From Catajapyx aquilonaris (Eukaryota): 64,000 nucleotides of DNA. Location: NCBI GenBank assembly GCA_000934665.2, contig KZ538224.1, positions 310,001 to 374,000 of the forward strand. Direction: 5' to 3'. Below, in pieces: positions 23,376 to 37,279 of this stretch. Each line of letters opens with the position of its first letter. Position 1 is the first letter of the stretch. The notes beneath the pieces were generated by a model that saw only the letters and a list, made by a program, of their open reading frames with translations, made no database searches and had not been told where the DNA came from. A program made the position numbers and the translations under genes.

Positions 23376-26300
23376 ACGTTGCCACAGTTTTAGTCTTCAT
23401 TCCGTACGACCTGTTCGCACTTCCACTGCGCTTTACCACGAGCAATTTTTTGGAGGCTGAATTGCGGTTTCTGTATCAAATGTGAAGTATTTTCGGTCAG
23501 AATGAGCCACCATCCTGTTACCGATGTGTGGGCTTTATATATTCCACCGCAAAATTTTCGGTGCGGGTTTCCCCCCCGCAGCTTTTCTGGTTGGAAATGA
23601 TGACAACACCAGGCAGAAACCACATGGTGGGTTGGTTTTTTGGGCATAATCGGCCATCAAAAGGCTACAAAATGGGGTTTGTACCGGACACTCTTGGCGG
23701 TGGCATGAGGGCGCATTCAAAGCCTAATGGTTTATCATCGCTGGGCGCGTAGGGGTTTCCAGCACAGCTTATGCGGGCAGACTGAATTACTCGATTAGCA
23801 CCGGATTATGCTCTTCTTTTTACAGGTTTCCAACCCTCACCCGCCGCTTCCCCCCTCCCCCTCCTCGCTTTCTGAGCCATTGGCTATGCTGATGTGTAGT
23901 TCACACTCGCTAAACCTAAAAGTGTACTCTCACGTCATCTGCCATGAATGGCCTCTCTATACAGCCAAAGAATTGATAATATCAAAAACTGTTTGCATTC
24001 AGCAGCTCTGTTCATATTTCCAGTTCAAGAGCAGAATTGTTATAGATACAGTTTTGAAGAGAACCAAAAGCAACATTCACACTTACTTTAACCAGCTGTG
24101 GAATGAATGCTATTTAATAGTAGGCTACACACGAACCCCTTATCAAAATTTGGCAACACTGCCCCCCTCTATGGACGTGGTACCATTTCTATCGCACATA
24201 TGGCGCACACCGAACAGAAGCAAAGACCCACGCCAGTTCTATATGCGATATTTTTATTGGCCAGCTATAGACTTCTATACGAACCTGTCCGGGAATCATT
24301 CTGATCTAATTTATTCAAAACGGAGCATGATAATGCGTATGTCTTCCCCCCTCAAATGTGACCAGCCAATATCAAACCCGTGTCACAACAGATAAGGAAA
24401 CGGATAAGGGAAAAGAAATGTTTGAGAAAAGACTTCTTGGGAGATGGAAGGGACAGAGGATCCCGAGCAATATTCCTGGGGACAAGAATAGCATGCCTGA
24501 GCTTTTATGGATGAGCGAGAGTGAATAAAAAGTATCAGCATTCGAATCAAGAAAGCGACAGGTTTCTTCTCCTTTTTTATCATTTTCTTCTCCCCTCCTC
24601 CTTCTTTTTCTCCGGAAGGAATCTGGCGGCTTTTTTTGAACAAAGGAGATGAGGACGAAAAGGCAGGCGGGAAAAAGGGGGGCGATTACTATATCCCTAA
24701 AAAGAGTGTGTCTATAATAAAGAGCTAGAGCCTGAAATAAAATTCATAATCCGGATTGAACACTTTTCCGGATAGAGCCTTATTTGTATCCGCAATGAAC
24801 CGGATGAAACCTGCAATGACACTGGATCCTTGTCGAAGCCTGTTTTTTTCTCATTGGCGATGGTCTTCGTGGTCAGCATGGATGATGATGGACCAAGGAA
24901 CACTGGATTCCGAAACGTGATCCCGGATCCGGAACTGATGGAGCTTTACGGGTTTGGTCCTTTTTGCTGGAACCTCGAAGCAAGCAAGGCTATTGGATCA
25001 CTCCAAGTGTGATTCGGGAGGGGTCGTTGTTTGGTTCTCCTCCTGGATATATAGGGATGATTGGATTTGTCGGGTCCGGATATATTACTCAGACACCGGA
25101 TCTGGTGTGCGTGGCATGAGAATCCGGGGGGCTCAGGTGTTGTTACCACAGCGGTCGTGACACCTGCTGTGTTCCGAATTTTAACAAATTCTTGAACCTA
25201 CAGTATGTGAAGTAAAACCAGTAGCTATTGGGAAAAAAAAATTTAATTCGAAAATTCCGGGCAGTGTCCGGTTTTACAAGCCATTTTTCTGTACCTCATT
25301 GGCATTCCTTCCGCGCGAAATGCTTGGGATATCCGATGACGGTGGGGCCCTAACAGAAGTGGTAATGAAAATCGTGAGGTTCACGTGCCCGGAAGAGACC
25401 CAATTATTGTTTGAATTCTCTTCTCTTTTTTGTGCCAAAAAATGATGAAAAATGCGGTGTTCGGTTGGCTGGAAATAATTTTTTTTTGTGAAACGATGTT
25501 TCTCATGCATCGCGACTGACTTCATGCGAGGAAAATCCTGCTCCCATACATCGGATCAGCTCAAATTATTCTAGGGTTTTACAGAAATCAATTTTTTTTT
25601 CGATTGAAAAGCCAATAATGTTATTTTCCCCCCCTCCCTCCGGATTTTCCCTCTCCCCTACGTCCATGTCATGAAACCATGATTGTGACTAGCTTTTCTC
25701 CAAAAAGCTGGCTATCTCTCAATAATGGAGTGATCTTACTCGATGCATGATATTTTTCCCAGGCCTGCACTTTACAGCCTCTCTTCTTGGGAGCTCAAAT
25801 CTTTACTCTCCCCATTCGATTCCCTGACATCGGCTAAGAATCTGGGGAAAGGAAAAGCTGATAGAGGGTCAGACACAGGGGGGTACACTGCCCAAGTCCC
25901 AAGTAAAACATCAGCTTAATTGCGAATCAATAGTTGAATCGCGAACCTCATCACAAAAATTTCGGAAAAGCCTTGTCTGTCCGAAAAACTTGCTTCGTTA
26001 TTTCCAATTAATGCCATTTCAAATCTCTGACAGTTTATCCGGGATGTTTTTTTGCTGCCTCGACTTCTAAATGACTGAGCTGGGTAAGAAATATATAAAA
26101 AAAATCCGGAACAATGCGACGACTTGAAAAGGTAGGCATTATTGGCGATATTGACGACCGAAGAGGCTCGAAATGAAGCCATTGATCCCTTCTGGGCTGG
26201 TGGTGGGTTCATCTAGAGAGCTTCCATTTTGAACCCGGATTTTTGTCAATGTCTCCTTGCCCAAAAAGCGTTCCGGAGCTTTTGAGGCATAAAGGAACGC

Positions 26301-27269
26301 CAACCGCTAGTTCTCCATGGAAACCCCCAGGAGGAATTTTGCCGCTGTGCAGGTGGAAAATATCCGGGGGAATTATATTCATTGCGGGGACTTTCCCGGG
26401 CCAATCCGGGCAGTAAGAAGGGACCCGGAGAAATCAAACCAATTTCAAAAAGTCTCTGGGACTATTGACTGCCTTTTTGGGGGGTTTAAAAAAAGTTCCT
26501 TTCGAAATAGTGCAGATATAACAATGCAAGGCGCACAAAGAACTTTGCCGGACGGTTGCATCCACTTGGAATCCCCTTTCTTTTTTGAACTTTTGACCTT
26601 TTTTAGGCACATCAATAATCCAATTGACTTTTCTTCGGGGGGTTTTTTCTCTAAGAAACGGGCTCTTTGGCAACCAAATATCGGAACAACTTCAAACGCT
26701 TTTTTTATTTTAAAAAAGAACTACCAGAAGCAAAGAACTTCAACGTATTGAGCTTGTTTTTTCATTGCCATAAAATTGGATAAAATGTGAAATATTTTCG
26801 ACCTGCAATGTTAATATTAATAAGTACGGTTTCGTTGGCCAAAAAATTAGCCAAAAATCGTGCAATCAAAAGCTGTAAAAAAGCAATTTTCAGCTAATCC
26901 TGCAAAAAAAATCTCTAATTAAATCCCAGGTATTCACGGTATGCAACACAAGTGCGGGGGCGTTTTTTTCGCAGCTTACTTTTTTTTTGCACGAAGCGGT
27001 GAACATGGGGCAAAATTTTGCAGCCGCAGATAAACCATTAAAAAGGGAGGGGGATGGGGGTAGGGGAGGGTTTTGACCTGTAATTAGGGCATTTGGAATT
27101 AGTGCCGATGGCAGCGCAGCATATTACAGGTGGCTGGTTCTGAGCGCGTTTCAAATGAGTATTTCAAAATCAGCTCCAGCTGCTTCCCCCTCCAGGCCTG
27201 GAAAAGAGTGATGGACAAAAACGAAATGAAAACATGTCCTTATGTGTGCACCCATGAAAATCAGCTGTG

Positions 27270-27700
27270 CGAAAAGTGGGTACACTAAATCTGCGACAGT
27301 CATACCGAGTAATATCATAACATCTTTAATGGATTCATTTGTTTGTTTGTTTATTAGACCCATTCATCATTTTGCCTATTTTACGTATTTTATTTATTTT
27401 TGTTTTGATCCTTTATTAATTTTGCCTATTTTACGTATTTCATTCATTTGCGTTTGTTTTGCTCATTTATTAATTTTCCTTACTTAATTTTTTGCTTATC
27501 TTACCTACTATTTATTTATTCTCCACATTTTATTGGGTCATTTGTACTTAAAGTGTTTCATTTATTTATCATAGTTGATTAGCTTGAGAATTTTTGCATA
27601 ATTTATTGATTAGTTGAAATTATGAGAATTTTTAATTCATTTATTACAATATTAAGTAATTTTTTGGTTTTTACTTAATGGAAACGTCAATAATTGAATC
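27270..27700. repeat. T-rich low-complexity region with a short direct repeat
   Basis: Rich in TTTA/TTTG; TTTTGCCTATTTTACGTATTT occurs twice (~27370 and 27420). Confidence 0.6.
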
Positions 27701-30700
27701 ATTTTAGAGTAAAAATTCTGCCAAATTAAGCAATCGATCTATACTGTACGTAATAATAATATTGGTTGAAGAAATCAATCTAAAATTTTACTCACTGAAA
27801 TGAAGTGGGTGTTGTTTGAGCAATGAAAATGTTACAAGCATTTCTATCGATCAGAAGACAGCTCAAAATAACTTAACGGGTTAGACACCGACTGTGAATA
27901 ACACTTTTTCACTCCTGAACGAGTTGAAGCTTTTTTTTAAAAAAAATGTCGGCAGAGAATAGTGGCCGTAACATTCTGGCATTGTTTGCATTTTATTTAG
28001 CCAACAGTGACTTTGAATGTCTCCGCGGTGAAACCTTTCCAAGGGAAACAAAACTTGTTCTTTTTTTCTCGTCTAGATTTTTAGTGTGTGTTTTAAAACC
28101 CATTTCGGCTTCTCTCTTTCTTTTTCCATCCCAGGCTGGGTTGACACACACAAAAAGAAAAAGAAAAAAGAAAAGGAGAAATAGTCGGCTGGGAAACCTC
28201 TGGACGCCTTCCAAGTCTTTTAAGGGCAACAGGTGCATTCGTCCAGCTTCCGGACTTTTGCACATTAGTGCTCCGGAGTCGACATAAATCTTTGTACTCC
28301 CCGGAATGTTCTTCGTGAATTACTCCCAAGCTGGGGAAAAAAAGCAGAAGCCGAAGAATCAGCGATGTTGAACAACAATCAAAGACAATGAGAGCTCGTT
28401 GTTTTGCTGCGGATTACTCGAGTAATTCGGACGGCTTGTGTGCTACTGGTTTTAAAAAAAACAAAGGCGATGATTGCCACATTGTGCGAGGTATTTAGCG
28501 GATTAACGTGCCACGTAGTTTACGCTCGAAGGGATAACTTTTGACAGGCGCCTGTTATTCAAAAAAAGAGCAGTGATCATAACTGCGATTTTAAGAATCG
28601 ACGTTATTTATTAAGATATTATAAATATTAAATGGTACTGTTTAAACGTGCACATGATGAAACACCTCTGTAGAATTCCTCAAATATTTTTCACCCCTCC
28701 AAAAATTATTCGGATGCTTAATGGCCCAGGCCTCTCTCCCTGCCAAGATTTAAGACCAATGAGGGACTAATTTCATTTTCTGGCTCGCGTTTTCTAAATT
28801 GAAAATAAATATTTAAGAGAGCGAAGGAGGGCAAGTGTACAAAAGGGGGGTGTCCCTGGAATCCTGGAGTCATAAACAGTCTGGTCCAGGTGGCCCCAAA
28901 AAAATCTCAATATTTCAGTCATCGTCTTGAAACCCCGCTCGAAAAAAAACGAGTCATAAATATCGGGATTAAGGCTTCTCCCAACCCTGGGTTAAAAAGG
29001 AATGGGTGAAGTTCTTCCAGCAGAAGGAAGACGGCCTGATAATTGCTTGTAGTCTGGGAAGACGGGGACTAATAACCTGTGGCATGAAAAATGTCCCCCA
29101 TTTATCGCACCCAGGACTATTTCGCATTAAGGGGAAGCATTGTGTCGAGAGACATTTTTTAAGAGTGTGTCTCACTCCCCTTGCACTTCTTTTGCTGTGG
29201 GAAAAAGAGAGAGATTTGGATAAGAAATGCTTTTCGAATTACTCTAAAGTGCAAGTTGAGGGGAGGAGGGGGATACGGCTCTATCAAAGTCTGAAAGATT
29301 ACAACGTGGCCTGGAGCAGATTGATGCCAGTTTTAAGACTCGTGAATCATTCGTGGGTGTAGATTAGGGCTCGATCCAGCATGTACAGTCTAAGTCGAAT
29401 ATGGCTTAAAAAGTTGAAAGAACTCATTCACGTAGAAGTCAACGTACAAGTTGTAACACTACCGCCTTTAGTTATATTGAAAGTGTGGTATCTTTGCACA
29501 GAATTTTTTCAGTTAATAATGTGGAAAGTTAAAGTGAGCAATGCATAAGTAAGCAGGAATTAGTGCAAATTCTTCAAAAAAAATCACGTGATGAATTTTC
29601 TAAGTGGAAGAGTGCCAAGAGTGTACAGTGAAATGTGGCAAAAGTGTGAGCCCCCTTTTTTCTCCATCTTGAGTCTTTCCCATTTTCCTCGAAGAAAAAA
29701 AAGAGAAGGCTGAGACATGAATGGGACCATTACGGAAGGACAACCCCCTCTCGACTCAAGATCCCCACCCTTTCAATGCCATTTTAATGATCGGTGTCGA
29801 CGAGCGTATCGGCCACCCCTCTTCTCAGAACAATTTTTTTTTCTCGGTTCCTCTTGTTCCATTCTTTTCTTCCCCCATCCATAGATGGAGAATGGAAAAA
29901 AGTGGAAAGAAAAATTCATCCCTGTCATATACCAACCACTCGATCTTTTGGGGGGAATTAATATAGTGTTTATGGTTGTCCGGGTCATGTCTCCAGAACC
30001 AGTCTTAATGGATATTGACAGCAGAAATTGAAGTGGGTGCAAGTACTCTCCAATTTTTTCCACAAAAGATAAATGATAGGGCGTGGGTTCCTGTCACGGA
30101 AAATTGCTTGCGCATGAATGAGTACGGGTATGACATTTCGAACAATGTAAGGCATAAATAATTTTTTTTGTAGAGTATGAGGATGATTTAATTTGTTTCG
30201 TGGAACAAATCCGGTGAGCAAGTTGGAGGCCACAAAACTGCACCCACCATGCTTCCTTTTGTCTCTTCTAATATGCTCACGTGTCGATAGAAAACCAGCA
30301 CCACCCTTAGTAGTGGCTTGTCCTCACTTCTTTTTCCGTCTTCCTCTTTTGGGATGACTGCTACGCCCTGTCCTATTGTTTCTGGCATCGATCCGACGAC
30401 ACGATTACTTCAACTCGAATTAGAAATGATAACAGAGACATCCACCCTGTTGTCCGACTCCAATGTCAAATATCATGTGAGAAGCTGCTTCGAAAGTAGT
30501 CTAGATGCAATCAGAACGGAGCTAGGAATGTGATTGTGCCATTGTGGTTCTAAATTACATGCGTGTAAGGGAGAGGAGCACCAGGAATAGAAGTTTCCTT
30601 CCTTCCTTCCTTCTCACCACTTGCACTCACTCGATGGTCTCCTGAATTCATTAGTCTGGCTCATAATTCCCCGCAAACTAATGCCGAGCAAGAAGATTTA

Positions 30701-31000
30701 AGACATCCTCCTGGGTTAACGCAGCAGCAGTCAAAATTTCCACGGTGGGTGCATTCGGAAGTGGCTTAAAGGTTTGGGAGAAGGCTTCGAGTTTGGGTAA
30801 ACTCTTGTGGTCTGGCTTCCAACCGGGTTTTGCAAACTTCCAAGCTTTAATGGTAATTCTCACGTTCATAACAGCTTTTGCTAATCACAGGGGCCCCCTC
30901 ATCACTACTTCCTTTTCACCAAACTTAAAATTAAAGCCCGAACTTCTGCGGGCTTTTCTGAGTGAGAAACTGAGCACTAGCCAGGATGTAGTACCACATC

Positions 31001-31052
31001 CTTCACATAGGTGGCACACACACTACCGCCCCGGACAAACAGAGGCACAGAC
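31001..31052 (-). repeat. Dispersed repeat family A fragment
   Basis: The reverse complement reads GTCTGTGCCTCTGTTTGTCCGG...TGCCACCTATGTG, matching the copies at 16611, 20191 and 40384. Confidence 0.6.
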
Positions 31053-32040
31053 CCAAAGCCAATTCGCCAGTTCCAGACGCGGTTTTGCCCCCGTCCTAAT
31101 TAGAGTCCCCCCCTGGATATGAAAGAAGCTGGATGCCCCACGGGCTGGCAATAAATCTGCAAAGGCAGGCAGAAGCAGGCGAATTATTAAAGCCAGCCAT
31201 TATTGACAGAGTTGAAAGCAGCAGGGGAGAGAGGCAAAAGGCAAGCCCGGAATATTTGGCTCTGTTTTTGTGTGCGTCCCTTTGGGAAGTCTGCAGCTAT
31301 TATTGTTGCCTACTAATAATATATTTTTTGGGAGCCGAACCCTCCATAGCTATCCGTGCAAGCCGAAAATTGCTTATCCATGGCGCAATTTCGAAATCGC
31401 ATTAAAGGAAACGAACCGTGGCTTTATAAAATCAAGGCGTGCATCCCACAGATGCATGGTTCGGGAAAACTTGGTTAGCGGGGCGGCCCTGGAGTTGTTT
31501 TATTCGGTGCGGAGCGTGTGAATCGTTTGCTAAAAAAAATTGGGGGGATCCCGGATAATCCGGGCATGATTATTAAGAAGTGTTTTTTTGTGTGGGAGAG
31601 AAAAAAATAGGCACACCTTGATGGAGCAAAATTGCATCGAAGGGGCCTGGCAAAATCGAGTTTGCTTTTCAGGGGGACAAAATCTAATCTGGGTCGGGAC
31701 TAGGAATCATGCAAATTGCGTTGAATCTACACGCATGCGTTGACGGAACGGTTTTCGCAAACAAACACAGCGTTTGGCGGGTTGGAGGGAAAAAAACCAC
31801 TTTCAGAATTTTTTTTTGCCCTCTTTTTCCCAACTCTAACTCCCCCCACAGCTGGTTACCGTGTTTGTGTAATTCACTACCCATTTTGTCCAGAACAGAT
31901 GAAGCCAATTGCAGGCCCCCGGAAAATTTCCCCGGGGATATTGACTGGAAATGGGAGGTTGCGTTGTCTAATTTGCGGTTGATTGGCACTAGATAGAGGT
32001 TTAGCAAAAAAAAAAAGAAGAGTTTATTCCGATATATCGA

Positions 32041-32260
32041 ACTTGGATGCAATATTAAGTGATGAAACCGATGATTTTTTTTTGTAAAAATTGTTTGCAA
32101 TATTCCCTCTCCTGTATGTCACACATATGACTTTTCAAACGATTTGAAAAACAAAATATTTTCTGGCAGACCTCCACAAATAAATGAGTTTCCTTCTGTA
32201 TGAATTCGCATGTGACTTTTCAAATAACTTGATTAACTGATTTTCTTTTGCATACCTCTC
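32041..32260 (-). pseudogene. Decayed tandem C2H2 (Kruppel-type) zinc-finger remnant, about 2.5 fingers
   Basis: The minus strand, read through frameshifts, gives EVCKRK/S*SSYLKSHMRIHTEGNSFIC/EVCQKIFCFSNRLKSHMC/HTGE...CKQF. This fits F-x-C-x2-C-x3-F-x5-L-x2-H-x3-H with HTGE-type linkers. It contains at least three frameshifts and one stop. Confidence 0.8.
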
Positions 32261-34374
32261 AATATCATGCACCCGCACATGAAATGTGATATCTCTCGTT
32301 AGTGATATGGCTCACCCTGCTGCAATATAGCTCGAAATGTTCTTCTTAAGCTCGGACCTGAGTCAATGTTCTGATTCGATCCGGGCCCTCCAAAAAAAAA
32401 GAGTGGAAAAAGGAGGCTTGGATGTATAGAGGTCCATGGGGCAAGGGAGGCTGCAGAGAGAGAGAGAAGAGTGAGATTTCATTAGGTGCTGGCCTTTTTG
32501 TTGACAGTGCTGCTTAGATGGGAGGGGACCAGACGCCTCAGACTTACTCGGACTTACTTTTTTCTTTAGATGGGAAAGGAAGCTGGGGGCCAGAGTTTGC
32601 CCTTCGGTTCGGGTGTATACAGCGGCACAGGGCGCTCAGGGCTGGAAACGAACCTCTGGAGCTTTTGTTTGCACTTCTCCAGACCTCTACTGGGAGGTCA
32701 GATATGGCGGGGGAGAAAAAAAACAGTGACTCGCACTCTCAAATTTTTATACCAATTTCATACCCATTATTTCGACCAAGTTTTGCGAAACACCTTGTGC
32801 CAATGTTGTGATGCGCGAAATGTGTATAGAGGTGACAGCATGTTGCGGGATCTACATATTTTTGGGGGCACATGCGGCGGCCCGCAGAATGTAGGTTATT
32901 GTGATGAGTTTTGACTGCATTAATCTGTGGGACGGGGGCTGTATTGACATGTTTATCCCAATGTTGGGAATTATTATCCGCCAATTTTTTGTGTCCGCCC
33001 CACAATTTCCAAAATATTATTTTGGCACGATCTCTCCTCGTTTGAAATTTTATAGTCCAACAGCGATGCAGGTCATCTTGTGGGTCCAGTGTCCTGTGCT
33101 CACATTTCGAGCCAGCCCTTCTATGTGCTGGCAAATGAAAAGGCCAGCCAATGGACGCAATGGGCTGCAAGTGAGCGTCGTTCAACAAGAGGCATCCCCA
33201 GCTCTCTCTCTGTTGTGTTGTTCGGACAGTGTTTGTTGTCACCCGGTTCAAGTGCTGGACGGACTCGGATCTTCGTCGAGTGCTCTCCTGACCATTGTTG
33301 GAGGGAAAACTGGTCGAAGGCCTGTGAGGGCCAGCAGCAGGGGGCCTGATTAATTTACTGCATTAATGGTGTTTGGTGGCAGTGACTGGGAGGGGTTTGT
33401 AAGGACCACTTCAGATTGTTGGGGTGGCGACAGGCCCGGTTGGGTTTCGATCGGGGACGAAAATTTTGTGTAGTTCAAACTCAGCCGGATATCAAAGCGG
33501 TTGGCCTCCTCCAAAATAATGAATAAATTTTGGAAAATATTTCTCACGTTTAACGAGTAATATTTCATCCTGAATATACTGTTGGCGAAACAAGCCGCAC
33601 AAATCAGCTGAAATTGTCGCTTATATTTCATATTTCAATTAGAAAACAGTTGTTCGTCCTAATCAAGGCGTGTGTTTACAATTTCTGGTTTCCATCCCCC
33701 TCCCACCCCATTCAACCCCTCCCCCTCTGGACATGTAACCGGGGAAATATAATTTTCATGACTGACGTGCAACACACGCATGCACAATATGTAATTATAC
33801 AAGCTACACGTGTAAAATATGTTCCGTCATGTGCGGAGAGCACAAAACCTAGGTCATGGAATCTCTCTGCCCCCTTTCCCCCCGCCCTCCAACCCCATCA
33901 GTGCTTTTGCACCATATGTGCATGTGTGGGGAAGTGTGCTGGAATAGCCTAATGGCGCATGCAGGAAACGTTGTTGTTCAGGGTGTGGGAAGTGGGCGGT
34001 GGGAATCGTAAAATACAGGGTGTTCCAACCAGAAAAGCAGGCATAAAGTCTGCTTATTTAGCAGCTCACCAGTTAGCAGAAAATATTCTCTGATTTTCAA
34101 ATGTCAGTTGATAGTAAAGGCTGTGATTTTATTGGAAGGATCCCAGATCAAAAATGGCCAATTCCACCTCTGGGGGGGGGGGGATCCTAACACAAATACG
34201 TGCAGAAATTATGTATTTTAATGTAATTGGATATTAATTGCACATTTGCGTAATGTAGCTGACCTGCGGAAACATATGGACGTAAAACGTTACACGATTG
34301 TGCCAGTGAAAGTTAAGTAATCATTGCCGGGTTTTTGCTCATTCCCAGTTGATCTGGGGTTGGATAAAATTATG

Positions 34375-34860
34375 GCAATGATTTCATTAGCTAGGTATAA
34401 CTGCTATGGCCTTTTCGTTGTGGCGGAGGTTATGGGTTGATGAGTTATGAAAGACAGAGTCTATATCGTTTTATTAGGAGTATCTTCTATGACTTTATTA
34501 GTTATGAATAACAGCAATGACTTTATGGCTTATGGATAACAGCAAGGACTTTATTAGCTATGATTTTAGTTAGGAATAGCTGCTATGATTTTATAGCTAG
34601 GAGTAACGATTATGGCTTTTTTTGGTTATGGGTAACGGTTATGGATTCATTAGTTAGAAATAAATACTGCGGTTTTATCAGCTATGAATAACTGATACAG
34701 TTTTGTTAGGAGTGCCGGCTATGGCTTTATTAGTTATGAATTTATTAGCTATAAAAGTATCTGCTATAGTTTTATTAGCTGTAAGTCATGGTTACGGATT
34801 TATTAGTTATAGGTAACTGCTATTATTTTATTACTCAGGAATAAGGGCTGTGATTTTGAT
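34375..34860. repeat. Degenerate ~28-bp minisatellite
   Basis: Units include GACTTTATTAGTTATGAATAACAGCAAT, GACTTTATGGCTTATGGATAACAGCAAG and GGTTTTATCAGCTATGAATAACTGATAC. Confidence 0.75.
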
Positions 34861-37022
34861 TATACTTTGAGAGTAACATTTGCTTTTGGCATATTCTACC
34901 AGCATGTACTGTACTTTGTGCTTCCCGGAGTAGTATAATGAGCAGAGTTTTTCATAAAAAAATTTTGCTGGTTTGGACCACCGTGTACGTCGTAAGAGTT
35001 AGCAAAAGGCATGTAAATGTAACTGGTCTGGATTTGTATCCGGTTGGTTTCATCCGGAACTACATTTTTTCCGGGGCCAAAAACTGCAGTACAGAGCTCT
35101 CTAGTCTGCTTGGGGTCATTTACGCCCAAACGCTTCAAACAGGACTTTGCTATTTCCCCGGATTACCCCCGGATTCTGAGGGTAGTGGGTTTCACCGAGG
35201 GAGAGAATAATTTGGGCAGAATAATTTTTTGACCCCCTTTAATCCGGAAGCAGCGGAGCGAGATCTTGAGACGATTTTGGAGCCATTTCCCCCCGCTACA
35301 TGCCTTTTGGATTTGCCTTTTACTCGCATGGCACTTAGCATCGCATGCCTAGTGGGTACTTTTTCCGAATAATTTCCTGCCGGGTGCGTGGTGTGAGCAA
35401 GGTCAATATTATTTTTTGGGATGGAGGATTGTGGGGAGAGATCTTGCACTAAGAATCGATTGAATCAACAGTTGATGGCACAAAAAATAGTGATCAATCG
35501 TGACCATGTTTTGCAACAACCCATCGGGCTTTTCAACTAATTAAATCATTAATATCGCATCCGGGCCGTGACATAGTCAATTTCAATTTCTGAAATAATC
35601 CCTTGGCTTTGGTCCCAATAATCCCCAGGCCGCATGTTAAAATATTGTTTGTTTCCCCCTCCATCGCCCTGCTCCCCCTTCAGCCAGTTAACCCCTGCGG
35701 CTTTAATAGTTTAATTGCTTTTCAATATTGCAGGTAAACACTTCAAAGTGAGCTGCGACTTCTCCCAATTTAGTCAGTGTAATCAGTCGGAATTTGGCTG
35801 CTTTAGGCATTAAGCCTAGATCACAGCTTCGGAAGAATTTTGACAAAAATTCCTTCACAGGTGCCAAGTCATTACACGTGTCCAAGAATCAAAGAGTCAC
35901 GAATCCGTTACAATAATCGCGCCCTGAAAAGTGACAGGTGTGGAAATAAAAGAGCGGCATCCTTGCCATCCTTGCATTAGTTCCGGATACTCACCAACAC
36001 CTCTAGTTTTTCCTTCTCTGTCGTTAGTCAGACGAGTAGGACGAATCCGAAAAGTTGCCAGTCAGCAGAGGCAACGACTCGGTACATTAGCTCCGGTAAT
36101 AATCAGGCTCAGCTGTGCCAAAGGGAAACCCCCCTCCTCGAAAAAAGAATGTAAGGTCTGCCGGAATTCTGCGGGCCATGTTCTCTATTTATAGTCAAAC
36201 TTGCACTATATGTCTAATAAGTTTGCCTCGGAGTTGTGCGGGTTATGTCGTAGCACAAAGGGGCTGGAATGTGACCCTGAGTAGGGTGCACGTTCTTTAA
36301 GGGAGCCGATCAAGAAAAGCCTGTTCATCAGTGTACTTAATGAATTCAGAAGGCATTGTTCTGTTCCGCAAACCCTCATCAAAGTTGAACTTTGCCTCTA
36401 GGGTTCTTTCTTCTCCCCCCCCTGGAAAATCTTTCCCTTTGAAGAACAGTGTTCTCCCCTCCCTTACCTTATTGTGGCTTCGCCCTTCCGACGACAAAGA
36501 TTTTCGGGGGCTGCTGAAACCTACCTCCGGATTGCTCTGAACCGACATGGCTTCACATTTTACTCCTTTTTGCAGGGTATGGACTTCCTTAGTAACGGGG
36601 AGCAAACACGCTTTGCAAGGCGGGGGTATTGTGGCTCCAAAATGCTTCGGGAGGTTTGCAACAATGGGCGGAACAAGCTGGTAAGTCGGAAAACCTTTGC
36701 TGAATTTTCGGGGGGGGGGCATGGCAAAATGGCATATGCGACATTTCCCTTCTGGCCATTTCTGGCAGCTGTTTGAGCAGACCTCCACCCTCAATCATAA
36801 CATGGAGCTCATGAACCGCACTCGCAGGCAGACATCGCGTGCACGCCACTCGCCATTCTGATGTGTTGTGAAGAACTCGAATCTGAACTAATGATCGCAC
36901 GGGGGCTGTCTGCAGTTCATTGTGTCCTCAGACACAATCATGCCAGCCCGCCCTTCCCCCAAAAGCACGGAGAGGGGCTATGAAGTGTGCATTGGCATGA
37001 AGTAATTGCAAGAGAGAGAGGG

Positions 37023-37049
37023 NNNNNNNNNNNNNNNNNNNNNNNNNNN
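37023..37049. other. Assembly gap (N run)
   Basis: 27 consecutive N next to a GA/G tract; single N also at 18766 and 46144 in G/C homopolymers. Confidence 0.99.
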
Positions 37050-37279
37050 AATTGGAGGCAGGCACGTGGGGCAAAAGGGAAAGCAGCGCTCCCAGCGGAC
37101 CGAAAAGGCATCGCAGATCGATGCAGGCAGAAACTAGGAGCGATCCTATCGTGTACGGGAATGAATCGATTCAAATGCCGCTAGCAGGGACGCGAAAATT
37201 GGCGAATTTTTCTCTGCCTCACAGTCTAACTGTCTCAGAGCCTGTTTTAGTCAGAAACTAACATTAAATTAACCTAATC

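Noticed and set aside
34375..34860. CRISPR array
   Set aside because: Contiguous degenerate units without unique spacers, no cas genes, and a eukaryotic context.
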